DNA from: Raja brachyura | Taxonomy: Eukaryota | Direction: 5' to 3' | NCBI GenBank assembly: GCA_963514005.1 | Contig: OY740810.1 | Location: 15,562,001-15,626,000 of the forward strand | Length of the DNA stretch: 64,000 bases | Shown here: positions 26,132-40,951 of the stretch, in pieces | Numbering within the stretch: position 1 is the stretch's first letter | Layout of the letters: the number at the start of each line of letters is the position of its first letter | Notes under the pieces: generated by a model | Told to the model about the DNA's origin: nothing | Databases searched by the model: none | What the model saw: only the letters and a program-made list of their open reading frames with translations | Made by a program: the position numbers and the translations under genes

Positions 26132-26884
26132 TCAGTCCGACACTGTGATCCTGCTGAAGATGTGCAGCCACTGGCCGCTGCTTCTAGAGTTGTCCTGGTC
26201 GGGTAGAGAATCTGTGGACAGGCTCCTGCCGGCCATGGGCAGGCCAGGCGCCCACTGGAGCTGCTGGTGCTGTTGGTGGTGCTGGCAGCAACAGCGACCT
26301 CCTCCCCCTCCATTTCCCAGCCTCAAGCCCAGAGTCCGGGCCAGCTCCAAATCCAGGTCGGGGCTGAAGGCCGCTCGCAGCGCAGCCCAGTCGAGCTCCG
26401 GGCCGGATGAGGCCGAGCCCAGGCTGGCGCTCTGGTGCAAGCGAGGGTGGGGCCCTCGCTCCTTGGGGTTGTGGATAAAGTGGCAGCGGGTACCAAAGGG
26501 GCAGAACGTCTTCTACTTGGCGTGGCAGCTAAGGGAGCACTGCTCGGCCAGGCCTTGGGCAAACTGGCACATGTCGCCGTAGCGGCCCATCGTGGAGCGG
26601 GTTTCTCTGGAGTTGGAGCGGGTTTCGGCTGGAGTTAGCGCTGGCTGTGAGTTCACCGTGCTGACTGTGGGTCTGAGGGTTCTCCGTGCTGACACTGGGC
26701 CTGGTGTCTCGTCAATCCAGACGTCTCCAACTGCCCCCTGACCGGGGATGGAACACTGGGGGGAGTGAGTGTGGGGGGGCGACCAGGGACGATCCAGTGG
26801 CAGTTCGGAAGCGCTTGCAACGCCAGGGACACTGGTTTGATTCTGGCTGCGGATGAGCCGGTCCGCCCTCAGTCTTAATGTCAA
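26132..26884 (-). pseudogene. ZFP36/TIS11 (tristetraprolin)-family tandem CCCH zinc-finger pseudogene, antisense within a GATAD2A intron
   Basis: One continuous frame: ...[56 protein letters not shown]...SLSTDSLPDQDNSRSSGQWLHIFSRITVSD*. Family consensus is CKYGxKCQFAHGxxELRSLxRHPKYKTELC...FCPYGxRCHFIHN with C-terminal RLPIFxRISVS[DE]. In-frame TAG at 26513-26515 and deletions in both fingers. The 5' boundary is uncertain. Confidence 0.85.
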
Positions 26885-27034
26885 ATGTTTTGCAACGGCG
26901 CTTTTATACTTTCACCAAAACAATGATTTGTTTTCATTTTTAGTTTCAGGCTGACTTTTTCCTTGCATTTCCTACATTTTATCTGGTATTGGTGGCAAGC
27001 GATGCTTGTGTCCATTGATGTCCATCAGTTCATA

Positions 27035-28260
27035 CAATGAACTGAGATGCTGGTTTTTACCAAAGATAAAAACAAAATCCTGGAGTAACTCAGCGGGTCA
27101 GGTAGCATCTCTGGAGGAAATGGATAGGGGACATTTCGGGTTGGAGCCCTTCTTCAGACTGATTGTAAGGGGACGAATTGGAAGCAAGAAAAGACTAAGA
27201 CAAATCAGGGCTGGCAACAGATGACATCAGGCAGGATGGTTTTGATAGGTCGAATACTGGCTAGGGACGGAGTGATCCCAAGAGGGATACAGCGTTGCGA
27301 ACTGTGGATTTAGTTAACCAAATTTTAATTGGCGAGGGGAGTGTTTGTTTCAGTTTCCTAAAATTAGAGAATTCAATGTGTATGAAGGAACTGCAGATGC
27401 TTGTTTAAACTGAAGATAGACACAAAATGCTTGAGTGAATCAGCGTGCCAGGTAGCATTTATGGCGAGAAGGAATGGGTGACGTTTCGGGTCGAGACCCA
27501 TCTTGAGAGTTCAATGTTCATACCGGAGAATACCGTATGTTCATAGGGTTGTAAGCTAGCCAAGGAAAATATGAGGAGAGGTTCCTCCAATTTGCGTGTG
27601 GCCTCACTATGGCAATTGAGAGTTTAAATGGTTAGCAATCGGGGGAATCCAGTAGACCTTGGCGGACCAAGCGTAAGCAGCGAAATGGTCGCTGAGTCTA
27701 CGTTTAAACAAAGTACAGGAGCCCAAATTGTGAACACTGGATGGCCAGCCCAGATTGGTCCTGGCCTTTTCTGGCCTCCAGCTCTTCACCCACCCTCACC
27801 ACTTACTTTTAGCCTGAAGAAGGGTTCTGACCTGAAATGTCACCTATCCTTTTTCATCAGATATGCTGCCTGACCCCCCACTGCGTTACTCCAATGCTTT
27901 GTTTCTATTTCATGCAGGAGGTGCATGTTAGAGGAGGTGCATGTGAGCCTTGCCTCACCTGGAAGAACTGCCAGGGTCCCTGGATGGAGTCGAGGGAGGA
28001 GATATAAGGGCAGGTGTTGCATCTCCTGGGGAGGGGGTAGTGTGGGTGGGATGGGCTGAGTGAACCAAGGAGTTGTGGAGGGACCAGTCTGGAAGGCGGA
28101 AAGAGATGGGGATGGGAAGATGTGATTAATGGTAGGATTACGTTGGAGGTGATGGAAATGTCGGAGTATGATGTGTTGGATGCGGATGCTGGTGGGGTGA
28201 AACTCTGGTCCTGTGTCTGGGGGGAGAAGGAGCGAGAGCAGAACTATGGGACACAGAGGA
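27035..28260 (-). mobile_element. Cluster of nested Penelope-like fragments
   Basis: Reverse-strand matches to the 39380-40235 element (RVPL, IQHIILRHFHHLQR, HIFPSPSLSAF) and several pLTR-type repeats; boundaries approximate. Confidence 0.7.
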
Positions 28261-29954
28261 ACGCGTGTCATGTTCCTATCTATGACAGAAAAGGGGAAAT
28301 AAATAGGCTGGTGATGGATGGAGGTTCTTTAATGGTTAAGTCTGATAAATAGTGAAAGTATAAACACCAAGGGCAACATCCGAGCACTGATTTGATAGTA
28401 ATTGAGTGGCAGAGATACAAAATAATGGTGATAAAGGTAGAAAGTAACCCATGTTAAAGCGTAAAGATCCGCCACTGTCGTCGCTAACATCAGTGCAACA
28501 TTTTGGAAACGAGTGGATGAATGAAGGGATGTCATGATGTGGCTGGATCATTTACTGGGGTTCGTCAATCTGAGCTAAGGAACTGAGACCATCTCAGTCT
28601 GATCTCTGCTGAGTTCCTAATCTCAGTTCCACTGCTGTAACTGATCTGTGTCAGTAGATATGAGATAAGAAAAAGGTATGTTTCAATTTTGCCATCAGGA
28701 GCTTCCTGGATGAGTGAGGGTTTAGTGTGGCTGCTTGTGTCTGCCTTTACATTATTGGATCAGAAATAGGTCATGGCCATGTCAGTGCTTGAGAGTCCTG
28801 AGATGCTTGGCCCTAACATTGTCTGTCTAGGCATAATGCACCAAAAGTTGTTGAATTATAACTTAATGAAATCCCCCTCTCAGCTGAGCTGGAAATTGGG
28901 GGGTGTTTTGCACAGAGAGTGGAGGGTGGCTGGAACAGGCTGCTAGGTGGTGGGGGGTAAAGGTGGTGGAGGCAGACACAATAGTGAAATGGAAAATGCT
29001 TTTAGATAGGTACATTGGTATGTTAGGAATGGAGGGGTATGGTTCGCGTGCAGGTAGAGAAAGATCGTTTAATCTGTCACAATTGTTGGCATGGGCATTG
29101 TGGTCCGCAGGGCCTATTCATGTGCTGTAAAGTGGATGATTCACGTCTCAACCTCGAAAGTTAGCACATAATATACTGTTCATTCTAACGTAATATTGTG
29201 CTGTCTGTGGTAAATTTAAACAGGCAGCCACCCAGGGGCAGAAATCGCTATCAAAACATGGGGGGGGGGTCCCAATTTCTTGGTGGCCACGCGCATATGC
29301 GTGCGCGAGGCTTTGGGGGCTTCAGCCGTGGGGCCCTGTGGACGGTAACATCGGGAGCTGACCGACTCCGAACTCCATCAACAGCAGCTTTGTCCGCCCC
29401 AAATCATGGGGCTTGAAATGGCCTGTTTGCGGGGCTTTTCATCGGCTGGCAGGGGCTTCAACATCGGGAACCTTGTAGCAGTTTGATTTTAAGCCGCGCT
29501 GGGCGATGAAAGGCCCCACGAACGGGCCATATCAGCCCTTAAAAAACGTCTTGATACCTGCTTGAATCTTTCAAAAATTACAATGTGATAAATAACACTT
29601 AAACAAATAAAACTGAAGCAAATAAAGGCAAACAGAAGAACCAACCTTGGAGGGGGGAGAGAGATAGAGATGGGGGGAAAATACTAAATAACGTAAGTGA
29701 CCTGAATGAGGGACTTGCCTGCAAGCCAGCCAGGAAACCAGTCGACCGGAGCCCTTAATGACCTGACCCATTTAAATCCGATACCTATTTAAATCTTTCC
29801 CATCCACCAATACACCCATTAGTTCAAATGGTAATTGTACCCGCATCAGACAGCTATAAGAAATTCTCCGTGAATACCTTCAGTAATACTTGAAGGTCAA
29901 AACACAAATGGTGACACATCGTGTTAATACGATGTTAATAGAGACATTTAACAA

Positions 29955-30307
29955 ATCCAATTTTATATATAGCACAATTGGAATTTGGAAACAAATAAAA
30001 TACAACTTAAAATTAAGAAATATATCTCTCTTATCTCCTATTGTTAAAAACCCTTCGTTTAAACCCTCAATTATAGATAAAGCATTTATACAATGGGAAA
30101 GAGCAGGAATTAAAACGTTGGGAGATTTGTATGAAACAGGAAAATTACTATAATTTAAACAATTACAACTAAAGTACAATTTGGGAAACAATCAGTATTT
30201 TAAATATTTTCAAATATGTGACTATCTGGAAAAATATGCACAAGAATATTACAATATGCCATCAGATCTACTGGATGAAGCAATGAATACAAAGGCTGAA
30301 TCAGCAA

Positions 30308-30359
<52 letters not shown>

Positions 30360-30420
30360 TTCTAAATGCAGAAATACCAACAACTGAAGGCATTAGAAGA
30401 GACTGGGAACAAGAATTGTG
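29955..30420 (+). mobile_element. L1-clade LINE ORF2 C-terminal fragment with internal (TA)n
   Basis: STIGIWKQIK...LLSPIVKNPSFKPSIIDKAFIQWERAGIKTLGDLY...L*FKQLQLKYNLGNNQYFKYFQI...IRRDWEQEL, typical of fish/amphibian L1 ORF2; A-rich; (TA)n at about 30312-30352. Confidence 0.75.
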
Positions 30421-31560
30421 ATTTAGATTTTACTTAAATACAAGATTACAGAGAGTGCGGACAGTGACATGGGCCCATTACTGTGCTTTACCCTTCTATG
30501 AATTCTATGAACTTTTCTGCAAGTCTGAGGTAGACAAAAATGCTGGAGAAACTCAGCGGGTGAGGCAGCATCTATGGAATAGGTGACATTTCGGGTCGAA
30601 GCCCACGTCTTTCTGCAAGTTTGTATCCACTATCATACTGACTGCTTGCAAAAGGTTCAGCTAGTTTAATTGGAGTTGCATTCATGGCTTGTACAGTTAC
30701 TTCAATGTTTCCGATTTTAATATCTTCTCTCGAAGTGAAGATGTAGGAAAGCCTGTAGTTCCTGGTTTCTGTCTCCCTCCTTTCATTAATAATTGTGTAA
30801 TATTGTTTTCCATTTTACAGTTCAAGGGCACAACTCCTCATAAGGGCTTTGGAAAATCCTGGCTTAACATGTTTCCTTATTCCTTTTAATGCTCTGCAGT
30901 AGCATCTACTAATTATCAGAAGTTTGTCTGTCTTAAGTTACATTGTTTACTATATTGTATTTGTGCCTCCTACACTTTGAAAACCACTTTGAAAACTGTT
31001 CATCTATCAGTCAATAATTCCCTCATTGTTGAATGGCTGTTTTCACCTTACTGAAGCAGCAAGAACCAGAGGCATACACTCAGATGAAAGCGATAGCTGT
31101 TTTAGTATGCGATGAGAAATGTCTTCACTTATTCTGTCAGCTGTAATGCTGAATTATTGTGTGTATTTAGGACAGCAGTAGTTTATTGGGTACAAAAAAC
31201 ATCAAGATATAATGAAGAATGGGGAGAAAAACAGTTGGGATGGAAGCCCCAATGGAAGTCCCAATATTTTAATGGTGGAGTTATCTGGTGGGGCGTTGTG
31301 GCTATCTCCTGGCATTCCTTGCGTGTAGGTCTTTAGACTGGTACATGAATGTGAGAAAGGTGCAGTAGCAGTTTGCTGGCATTCAATGCAAAGCCTGTCG
31401 TCCAGTAATGACTCCTTGAGGGAAAGGTGCATAAAAGTTCAATCCTGGTCAACGTTGGCACGGTGGAAAATATTGGCAGTAATATTGTGGGGAATGGCAG
31501 CATAATTGTGTGGTTGTTGTAGTTGGAAGGTATTTCTAAATATGTGCTCATATTTTGCAG

Positions 31561-31692
31561 GTAACCACCGCCCGTGCAGTGGGTACAGTAATCCCACCAC
31601 CATTGGTTCGCGGTGTTCAACAAGGGGCCTCAAAGGTTGGATCGCAGCAGAACCCACAGATTGTGATGCCGCCATTAGTGAGAGGAAACCCA
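31561..31692 (+). CDS. GATAD2A: GATAD2A coding exon 5
   Basis: Acceptor ttttgcag; VTTARAVGTVIPPPLVRGVQQGASKVGSQQNPQIVMPPLVRGNP; donor gtaagt; 132 nt. Repeated PPPLVRG/MPPLVRG motifs as in human GATAD2A. Confidence 0.93.
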
Positions 31693-32039
31693 GTAAGTAT
31701 CTGACTACAGATTGAAAATATTGAGTTGTTGAGCTATAGTTGCCACTGAATGCACATTATGTGCAGGTAGATAATTATGTGCAAGTAGATAAGCATCATG
31801 TCCAGCACAGACATTGTGAGCCGAGGAGCCTGTTCTTGCACTGTACTGTTCTACGTTCTTTCACATCTTGCAGGGTCCAATGTAGAAATGGGTCCAGCAG
31901 CGAAGTTGGGAGATGACAAACATGAATTTACATTGCAGTTTGTAATATCCTGACGAAAGTTGCCCCTTATTCAATGGATCACATAATCATACTACACATA
32001 CACCATTCTGCATGCAGCAAATTGATAAGGGCACCAGTG

Positions 32040-32302
32040 AATCAAACCACAGCTTTATTTAATAAATTGTTTGAGAACAACTTCACTTAGGAAATCAAAA
32101 GTGAATTAAAAATTAAAAAAATTTAAAAAAATTTAAAAACTCTGGGAAGACGACATTCATGGCCCATCTCGAAGGTTTTGGCTCAACCACTTATTCTGAG
32201 GGTTATCCGAGTCACAATCTGTTTTTTAATTTTTAATTCACTTTTGATTTCCTAAGTGAAGTTGTTCTCAAACAATTTATTAAATAAAGCTGTGGTTTGA
32301 TT
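32040..32302. repeat. Perfect 81-bp inverted repeat with 101-bp spacer
   Basis: 32040-32120 is the exact reverse complement of 32222-32302. Confidence 0.92.
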
Positions 32303-33146
32303 TATTTATTTATTTACCTATATTATATATAGAGTTATTTAATCCACAAATTAACACTTTTTGAAAAAGTTAATTCAGATCCAGAAAGACCATGCAAGCA
32401 CTACACTGGTGGTGGTGTTTCATAGATTTGTTCTCAATTCACTGTGCATGCACTGATATGTCAATTAAGTCAAATAGCATAGCACCATTTCAAAGTGATC
32501 ATATTGGAATGTCATCCTTTCTAAACCCAATGCTTGTCCATTAATACACTAACCAAGCTAAGTGTTAATTTCCATACTCAACCTCCACTTTAACTGCTTG
32601 GAACAAAATTTCACCTCAATCAATCTTACTTTGTGTAGTGACTGGGAATCAGATGTCTATAAAATGTGTCCAAATTGAGGAATGTGAATCGGGTTTAAAA
32701 TAACATTATAAATTATGAACTTGATGTCATAAACTACGTGATTATGGTTTGTGAAATGATCTCATGTACATGCAGCAGCTATTCTAATATTATACTGTGT
32801 ATAACCATAACGATCTCATGGAAGTTCCTTAACATCAGCTGTGCATGTATATCTAATATTTATGAATGCAATGTGTGGGAGAAAAGTTCACCCTGCCAAG
32901 TACATCTAGCCATCCCTTCTCTGTTTTTTGATTTTTGCATGCATTTGACTATGCATTTGTCAACATTAATGTATAGAATTATGACCTCTCTCACTTTTTG
33001 ACCTAGTTGCCTGTATCTGTCTGGCTGGGCTGTTTGAAATGTACCTTGCATGAATTCTGAATAACCTCTCCGTTTTATTTCCTGCCTTGCTTTCATTTCA
33101 CCCAACCCTGTCACACGTTCTGTCCATCGTTGCCCCATTCTATCAG

Positions 33147-33338
33147 CCGATGTCTGTTTCTCCCCAGCAAATTCACGCCATCAGACCACATGCCAGCACT
33201 GCCCCACCTCCTCTGTTGCTGGCTCCCCGCGCATCAGTGCCCAGTGCGGTACAAATCCAGGGCCAGAGGGTTCTACAGCAGGGACTGATCCGTGTGGCCA
33301 ATGTCCCCAACACCAGCCTGCTCGTCAACATTCCACAG
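33147..33338 (+). CDS. GATAD2A: GATAD2A coding exon 6 (alternative in-frame acceptor at 33168)
   Basis: (PMSVSPQ)[57 protein letters not shown]; donor gtaagc. Two candidate acceptors 21 nt apart. Confidence 0.92.
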
Positions 33339-35467
33339 GTAAGCTGCCAGTAGGGATCAGAATCCTGCAGACACCTATGCTGGAGTATGATGTGGGGTAT
33401 GGGGAGGTGATGCAGAATATGGGCAGGAAGAAGAGGTAGGGGTGGAAGAGTTCATGAGCTTTGAGGAAGAGTGAAATGAAGTGGGAGCTGGACTATACCT
33501 TTTGATTTTAATACAAACTCGTCTTGAGATTACATACAATCACAATAGAAACCTCAGAAATGTGAGAAATGTTACACTGAAGGATGTTGTTTCTGTGACT
33601 ATTACATAGTCAAATGTGACTATATTGTTTTATGGACTATTACCATTGTTTTCACGTGCCATTAGTTCAATGAAAACCAAGTACAGCATACCAATGGTTC
33701 ATAAAGTTCATTGAGTTGTACAGCACAAAAACTGCCCCCTCAGCCCACCATGTCTATTGCCAACCTTTATACTCATTACATTGTATCATTTTGTGCCTAG
33801 TTTATTTAAGTATCTGTCTAACTTGCCTCTCAGAACCACTTCTCCTTCCTATCTCAAAGCAATGTCCTATTGTCTTTGATATCCCTATCATGGGGGAAAA
33901 AGCATTTTGATTATTTACTCTTATCTATGCCTCTCAATCTTTTTTCTACATAGATCACCCCCCCCCCCCCCCCCCCAGCCTCCTTCAAAGAACAAGCCAA
34001 GCCTGTCTTATCTCTGCAATTTTTCCCCATAACAAAAGTCCTCCAATCCAGGCAATATCCTGGTGAAGGACAAAAAGTGCTAGAGTAACTCAGTAGGTCA
34101 GGCAGTATCTCTGAAGAACAAGGATGGTTGACGTTTTGGGTCGAGATCCCCCTTCAGACTCCGAAGAGTCCTTTGTTCTTTTGACTTTGTCCTTTTGTGT
34201 ATTAACTCACATCTGCAGTTCTTTATTTCTAATATCCTGGTGAATCCACTTTGAAACCAGTTCAGAGCCTTCACATCCTTCCTCCATGTGGTAACTGGAC
34301 ACTACACCATACTCTCAAGTGCTGCGTGACCAGTGTTTTGTAAACTTGCAACATTACAACCCATAACTGCAGAATAAAGCACCTTTGGTTCCAAGTACAC
34401 AATAACATGAGCAGGTTATTCACCTGTGCGGTTTAAGCGGTTGGAATTCGACATGGCCTTGGAGGAATGTAAAGAAAGGAGGAAAGATCACGCGGGAATT
34501 AGAATGGCTAAAAGGGGCCTGAAAATGCCTTTGATGAGTCAGATTAAAGGAAATTCCCAGTGTTTGTGTAGAGATACAGCAAATTGATGTTACAGGTGGG
34601 TAACTCGCTGATCAGTACGTGCTCCAAGTGTACACTTGGAATCAAATAATTGAGTTGAGATGATAGAGCCAATAAATTTTCATGGTGATATTTTCATTCA
34701 GGGACAGCCATGGGCACTGAACCATCAATAAATCATGGTCTAATTTTTAACACCTTATTTGCTGTGAGTTGCTTCTCAACTGCAGATGGTTTTATGGTGC
34801 AGTTCTCTTGTTCCCAGGGAAAGATTTGTGATACACACATCCTCTCGATGCACCTTGCAAAGAGAGGACCAAGTGCTGAGATTTAAGTGCAATACTCGAT
34901 CATATGCCTTACCTAATTTCATCAATGACTTTCCATTAAACTTGGAAGACCTCCCTTCAGTGAGTTTCTCATTACACTGTAGCTAAAATGTTCACAAGTG
35001 TCAGTATGAACATCTCAGTTGATTTAGTGCCAGGGACCTGCAGGATCAGGATTTTGATGGTCATGTCCCCACTGCACCAGTTTGCCAGCTGCAACAGTCC
35101 TAATGTTACAGCTGAATTAGATTTACATATCTGTAATTTCCACAATGTGGCAAAGTGCCCCAACTGGGATATATGCTGGACACTCCTTCACGGTCTCAGT
35201 GTCACTATTCTTACCTGACAGTATAATCTGCCCATCTTCATCAAGTGTGCTGCAGCTGTTCAGGAAGGGATCTCATCACCACAGCTAGAAATGGGCAGTT
35301 AAGTTGGTTTGCTGACAATACCTACCTCCCAAGTATTACTACGAGGCTCTTAATTGCCAGCTGAGGGCCATATTTGAACAGCCCCAGTGAGAGGATGCTC
35401 CACAAGAGAAGCGTTATACTTTTGTTAGAATCAGTGGGGAAAAAGCTCTGTTTGATTCTGGTATTAA

Positions 35468-35908
<441 letters not shown>

Positions 35909-37344
35909 TAGCATCTCAGGGAAACATGGATAGGTGACACTTCGGGTTGGGACCCTTTTTCCAACTGATTGTGGTGGAGGAGGGGTGGGACAAAGCCGGC
36001 AAGTGATAGGTGGGTACAGTTGAAAGGGAGTTTTGATTGGCAGATGTTTGGAGATGAAAAGACAAAATATGTGAGAAAAGGATAGAAGAGATGCGAAATG
36101 TGAATCCAGAGGAAGAATTAGAGGTGGAAGAGGAAGAAATTGGTGTGAGTCCGGGTGGGGCACAGAGGGGGGAGAAAGGCGGGATTGTTTGAAGGTCAGT
36201 TATGTAAAATTCATGTCCGTACTGTTAGGTTGTAAGCTACCCAAGCGGAATATAACTTAGAGCAGCCTGTGAAAAAGTTGATGATTTGATGCTGTTCCTC
36301 ATATTTCCAAACCCTTCCCTCTTCCCCCAACCTCATATCCCCCAATCGCATCTCCCCCAACCTTCCATTACTTTCAGTACTTCTCCACACTGCTCATTCT
36401 AAAGTCTCCTGCAAATGAGATTCCCAGAGCAAGCCAAGTATTATATTTAAGTTGAAAATCCGGGAAGATACACAACTAGCAGATTGCAGAACGAGGCCGT
36501 TTGAGCCATCCTTTTGTGTCTGTATTTTCTCTTTGAGGGTGTATTCCATTCTATCAGACATTCCCGTCCAAATCACAGCTTGAGTCAAGACTCCTGGACT
36601 TTCTCATGTGTTAAGTGTGTGTCCTTCAAGTTGGATCAACTGCTGCCCTTCCCAGGGTCAGCAGATTTCAGACACAACTCCATTGGCCCATGCACTTTGA
36701 CCTGGACTTCCCTTTGCACATCAACTACTGACTGGATTTGTTATGGTGATGTCTTAATCCAATTGCATGAAGTTTCAGTAAGTTTATAGAGGTTTGGAGC
36801 GCACTAATTAATACTGTTATACAGACTTGCCTAGACAGAGTAACCGTGTGCAGAGGTGTGCTGTTCAGGTACAAAGATGCACGCTCTAGCCCACACCCTC
36901 TTCCACCCCCTCCCATTCTCCAATTTTCCCCGGACCTCTCCTAACAATTTTGTCTCCTTAAACCCTTCCACTCTTCCCTCTCCTTTAAATCCAGAGTCAG
37001 TGACACATCAAACGGTGAGGATAATTTTGCTGCAGTTCAGATATGGGAAAGGCATTGAGTGACACAAGGATTGGGATCAAAGCCCGGCACAAAGGGCGAA
37101 ATGATGCCACAACAATGGATCAGATGAATTGTCTGCAGTGCTGCATATTCAGTGAAGAGTTAAGTATGGCACTGCCTCGAGTCAAGTCAAGTTCATTGTC
37201 TATGCTTAATGATGGTGAGGGTTAGGTGCCATGAAGAACTTGCATGCAGCAGCATCACAGGCACATAGACTCGGACAACAAGGAGAACATAAATTCTACA
37301 TAAATTCTACAAGATAGTGAAAAGAAAAGACTGCAAAACAAACC

Positions 37345-37630
37345 ATTCAGCAGAACCGTCGAGAAAAAGACATGGCCCGGATGGTGGGGATTCCTTATAA
37401 TTAGATGTTGCTTCCTTGAGCCAGTGTCTCATGGAGATACTTTCAATGGCGTGGATGACTGTACCCTTGACGGACTGAGCAGTGTTTTGGGGCTTGGTGA
37501 AGAGTTTGCAGGGGGTGATAGTGTCGAATTCTGAGCTGTAGTCGATGAACAGCAGTCTACCATATTGGTTCCTGTTAGGCAGGTGGTTCAGAGCAGAGTG
37601 TAGAGGCAGTGAGATAGCATCTGCCATTGA
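37345..37630 (-). mobile_element. Rex1/Babar-like LINE RT fragment
   Basis: ADAISLPLHSALNHL...YGRLLFIDYSSEFDTITPCKL resembles Rex1 RT (RMLFIDYSSAFNTIIP). Confidence 0.65.
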
Positions 37631-38949
37631 CCTGAATTGTGCAGGCAAGTTGAAACAAATCCAGGGCAGAGGTTCCGCACACGAGGATGTCTCATCTGTT
37701 GCACTGTGGTGGTTGCACTTTGAGTCCTCGTAATAAAGAATGTCATGGGTGCATTAGATGTTACCAAGTGTTGTTAACAAAAAGCTTTTCACTGTACCTC
37801 GCTTCAAGTGACAATAATAAACTAAATGATCTGCAGCACATCAATGTCACCATCACAGGACACAAACTATCTATTATAAACCCACTGACTCCCATAGCTA
37901 TCTAGACTACACTTCTTCCCACCCTGGTGGTGGTGGTTTCTGTAGGGAACTACTTAACCCACCAGCCTCGCACTCTAGCACTCCTGTGTGTGTACAATGT
38001 AGTGTGGAGCTCAGAGACCATGGCGTATGTTCAGAGTGGGCGGAGGGGCGTGGATGCACTTCCACTTGGGCTTTACACCAACCGGGTTTGGGTAAGTTTA
38101 CCTAAACTTTTGATTATTATTTCACACCATCAGGATGCAAATAACATCTCTAAGTAATTCTGCTGCGTTTGGATGTACCCCTGAGCACTGTTCACATTAT
38201 TGTGGGTAGAGTACTGCTGTAATAGACCAGACCCGACGCTTTGCTGCAGGAGGGACTTTGCTCTCAGCCTCCCTTCCATGGCCTTGCTGCGAGGTGATGT
38301 GGGTCACATGTGACAGAGTCTGGGGAATTTCCAGCTAAACCTGCACTGGTGAAATGTCTGTCGTATTTGGGGACGTTTCCAAGCAGTTTGTATGGAGCAC
38401 AACAATTCATTAAAAAGTTGTTTAAAGCACCATCCTTCTGTTAATTTTTGGAAAAAGGCGTGCGGGTGTGTGACTGAGGTCCTCGGGGACCTCATCCCCG
38501 GACTTCTTGCTGTGAAACTTTACTAATCATCTTTTGGTATTGAGGCTAATTTACCATAATTACATTACTGGATGTGAGTATTTACTGCGTACAGATTGGC
38601 GGATGTACTAACAACGTTCTAACCCCAGATTAGACTTCAAATGAATTATAATTGACTGCAAAATTCTGAGCTGTTATACAAACACAAGTCTTCGTCTTTC
38701 CTAGTCAGTACATTTCAATTCCATGTTGAGTATTTTACGTTGCAGCTGATCCATTCACCATCAACCACTTGATTTCCATCCGCTTATCACAGCATACGGT
38801 GGGAATGGGAGGGACCTGCTGCAAGTGAGAGTGCACACTTTAAGGGGTATGGGGAGAAAGCAGGAGCTGGGTACATATTGAATGGCAGTACTGGCTCGAA
38901 AAGGCCGAATGGCCTACCCCTGCACCTATTTTCTATGTTTCTATGTTAA

Positions 38950-39365
38950 CCTTTGACTCCATCAACAACTCAGTGCATCAGCAAGGCCAGCAGCATAATC
39001 AAGGACCAGTCATGCCCTGGTCACTCTCTCTCTCTTCTCCCCATCAGGCAAGAAGTACAGAAGTTTGAAAATGCATACCTCCAGATTCAGGGACCGTTTA
39101 TTCTCAGCTGTTATCAGGCAATTGAACCGTCCTATCAACTAGATATTGGTCCTGACCTCCCATCAACCTCACTGGAGACCTTCAAACTATCTTTAATCAA
39201 ACTTTAGTGGACTTTATCTTTTGCACCAAAAGTTATACCCTTTATTCTGTATCTGTAAAGTGTGGATGCCTTAGATTTAATCATGTATAGTCTTTTCGCT
39301 GACTGGATAGCATTAACAAAAAGCTTTTCACTGTACCTCGCTTCAAGTGACAATAATAAACTAAA
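38950..39365 (+). mobile_element. Rex1/Babar-like LINE 3' end
   Basis: KASSIIKDQSCPGHSLSLL... ORF end, then a 3' UTR ending aaagcttttcactgtacctcg...gacaataataaactaaa that recurs elsewhere in the window (e.g. 10350-10392). Confidence 0.6.
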
Positions 39366-39379
39366 TGATCTACAGCACA

Positions 39380-40735
<1,356 letters not shown>

Positions 40736-40906
40736 TAAACTTACTTTGATATCCAAGTCCAGTCTCTAACACTGGTACAATGAGAGACCTGTCCCTACAA
40801 TATTGTGGATATACACTGACAGATTTGTACCAGCCAGTACTACAGTGACTGACCCAAGTGCAGCAGTGCTACATCCAAGGGTTAGTGACACTCACCAGTG
40901 CACTGC

Positions 40907-40915
40907 ATATATATA

Positions 40916-40951
<36 letters not shown>

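Noticed and set aside
26013-26638. + strand ORFs of 189 aa and 67 aa
   Set aside because: Antisense shadows of the GC-rich ZFP36-like relic on the - strand.
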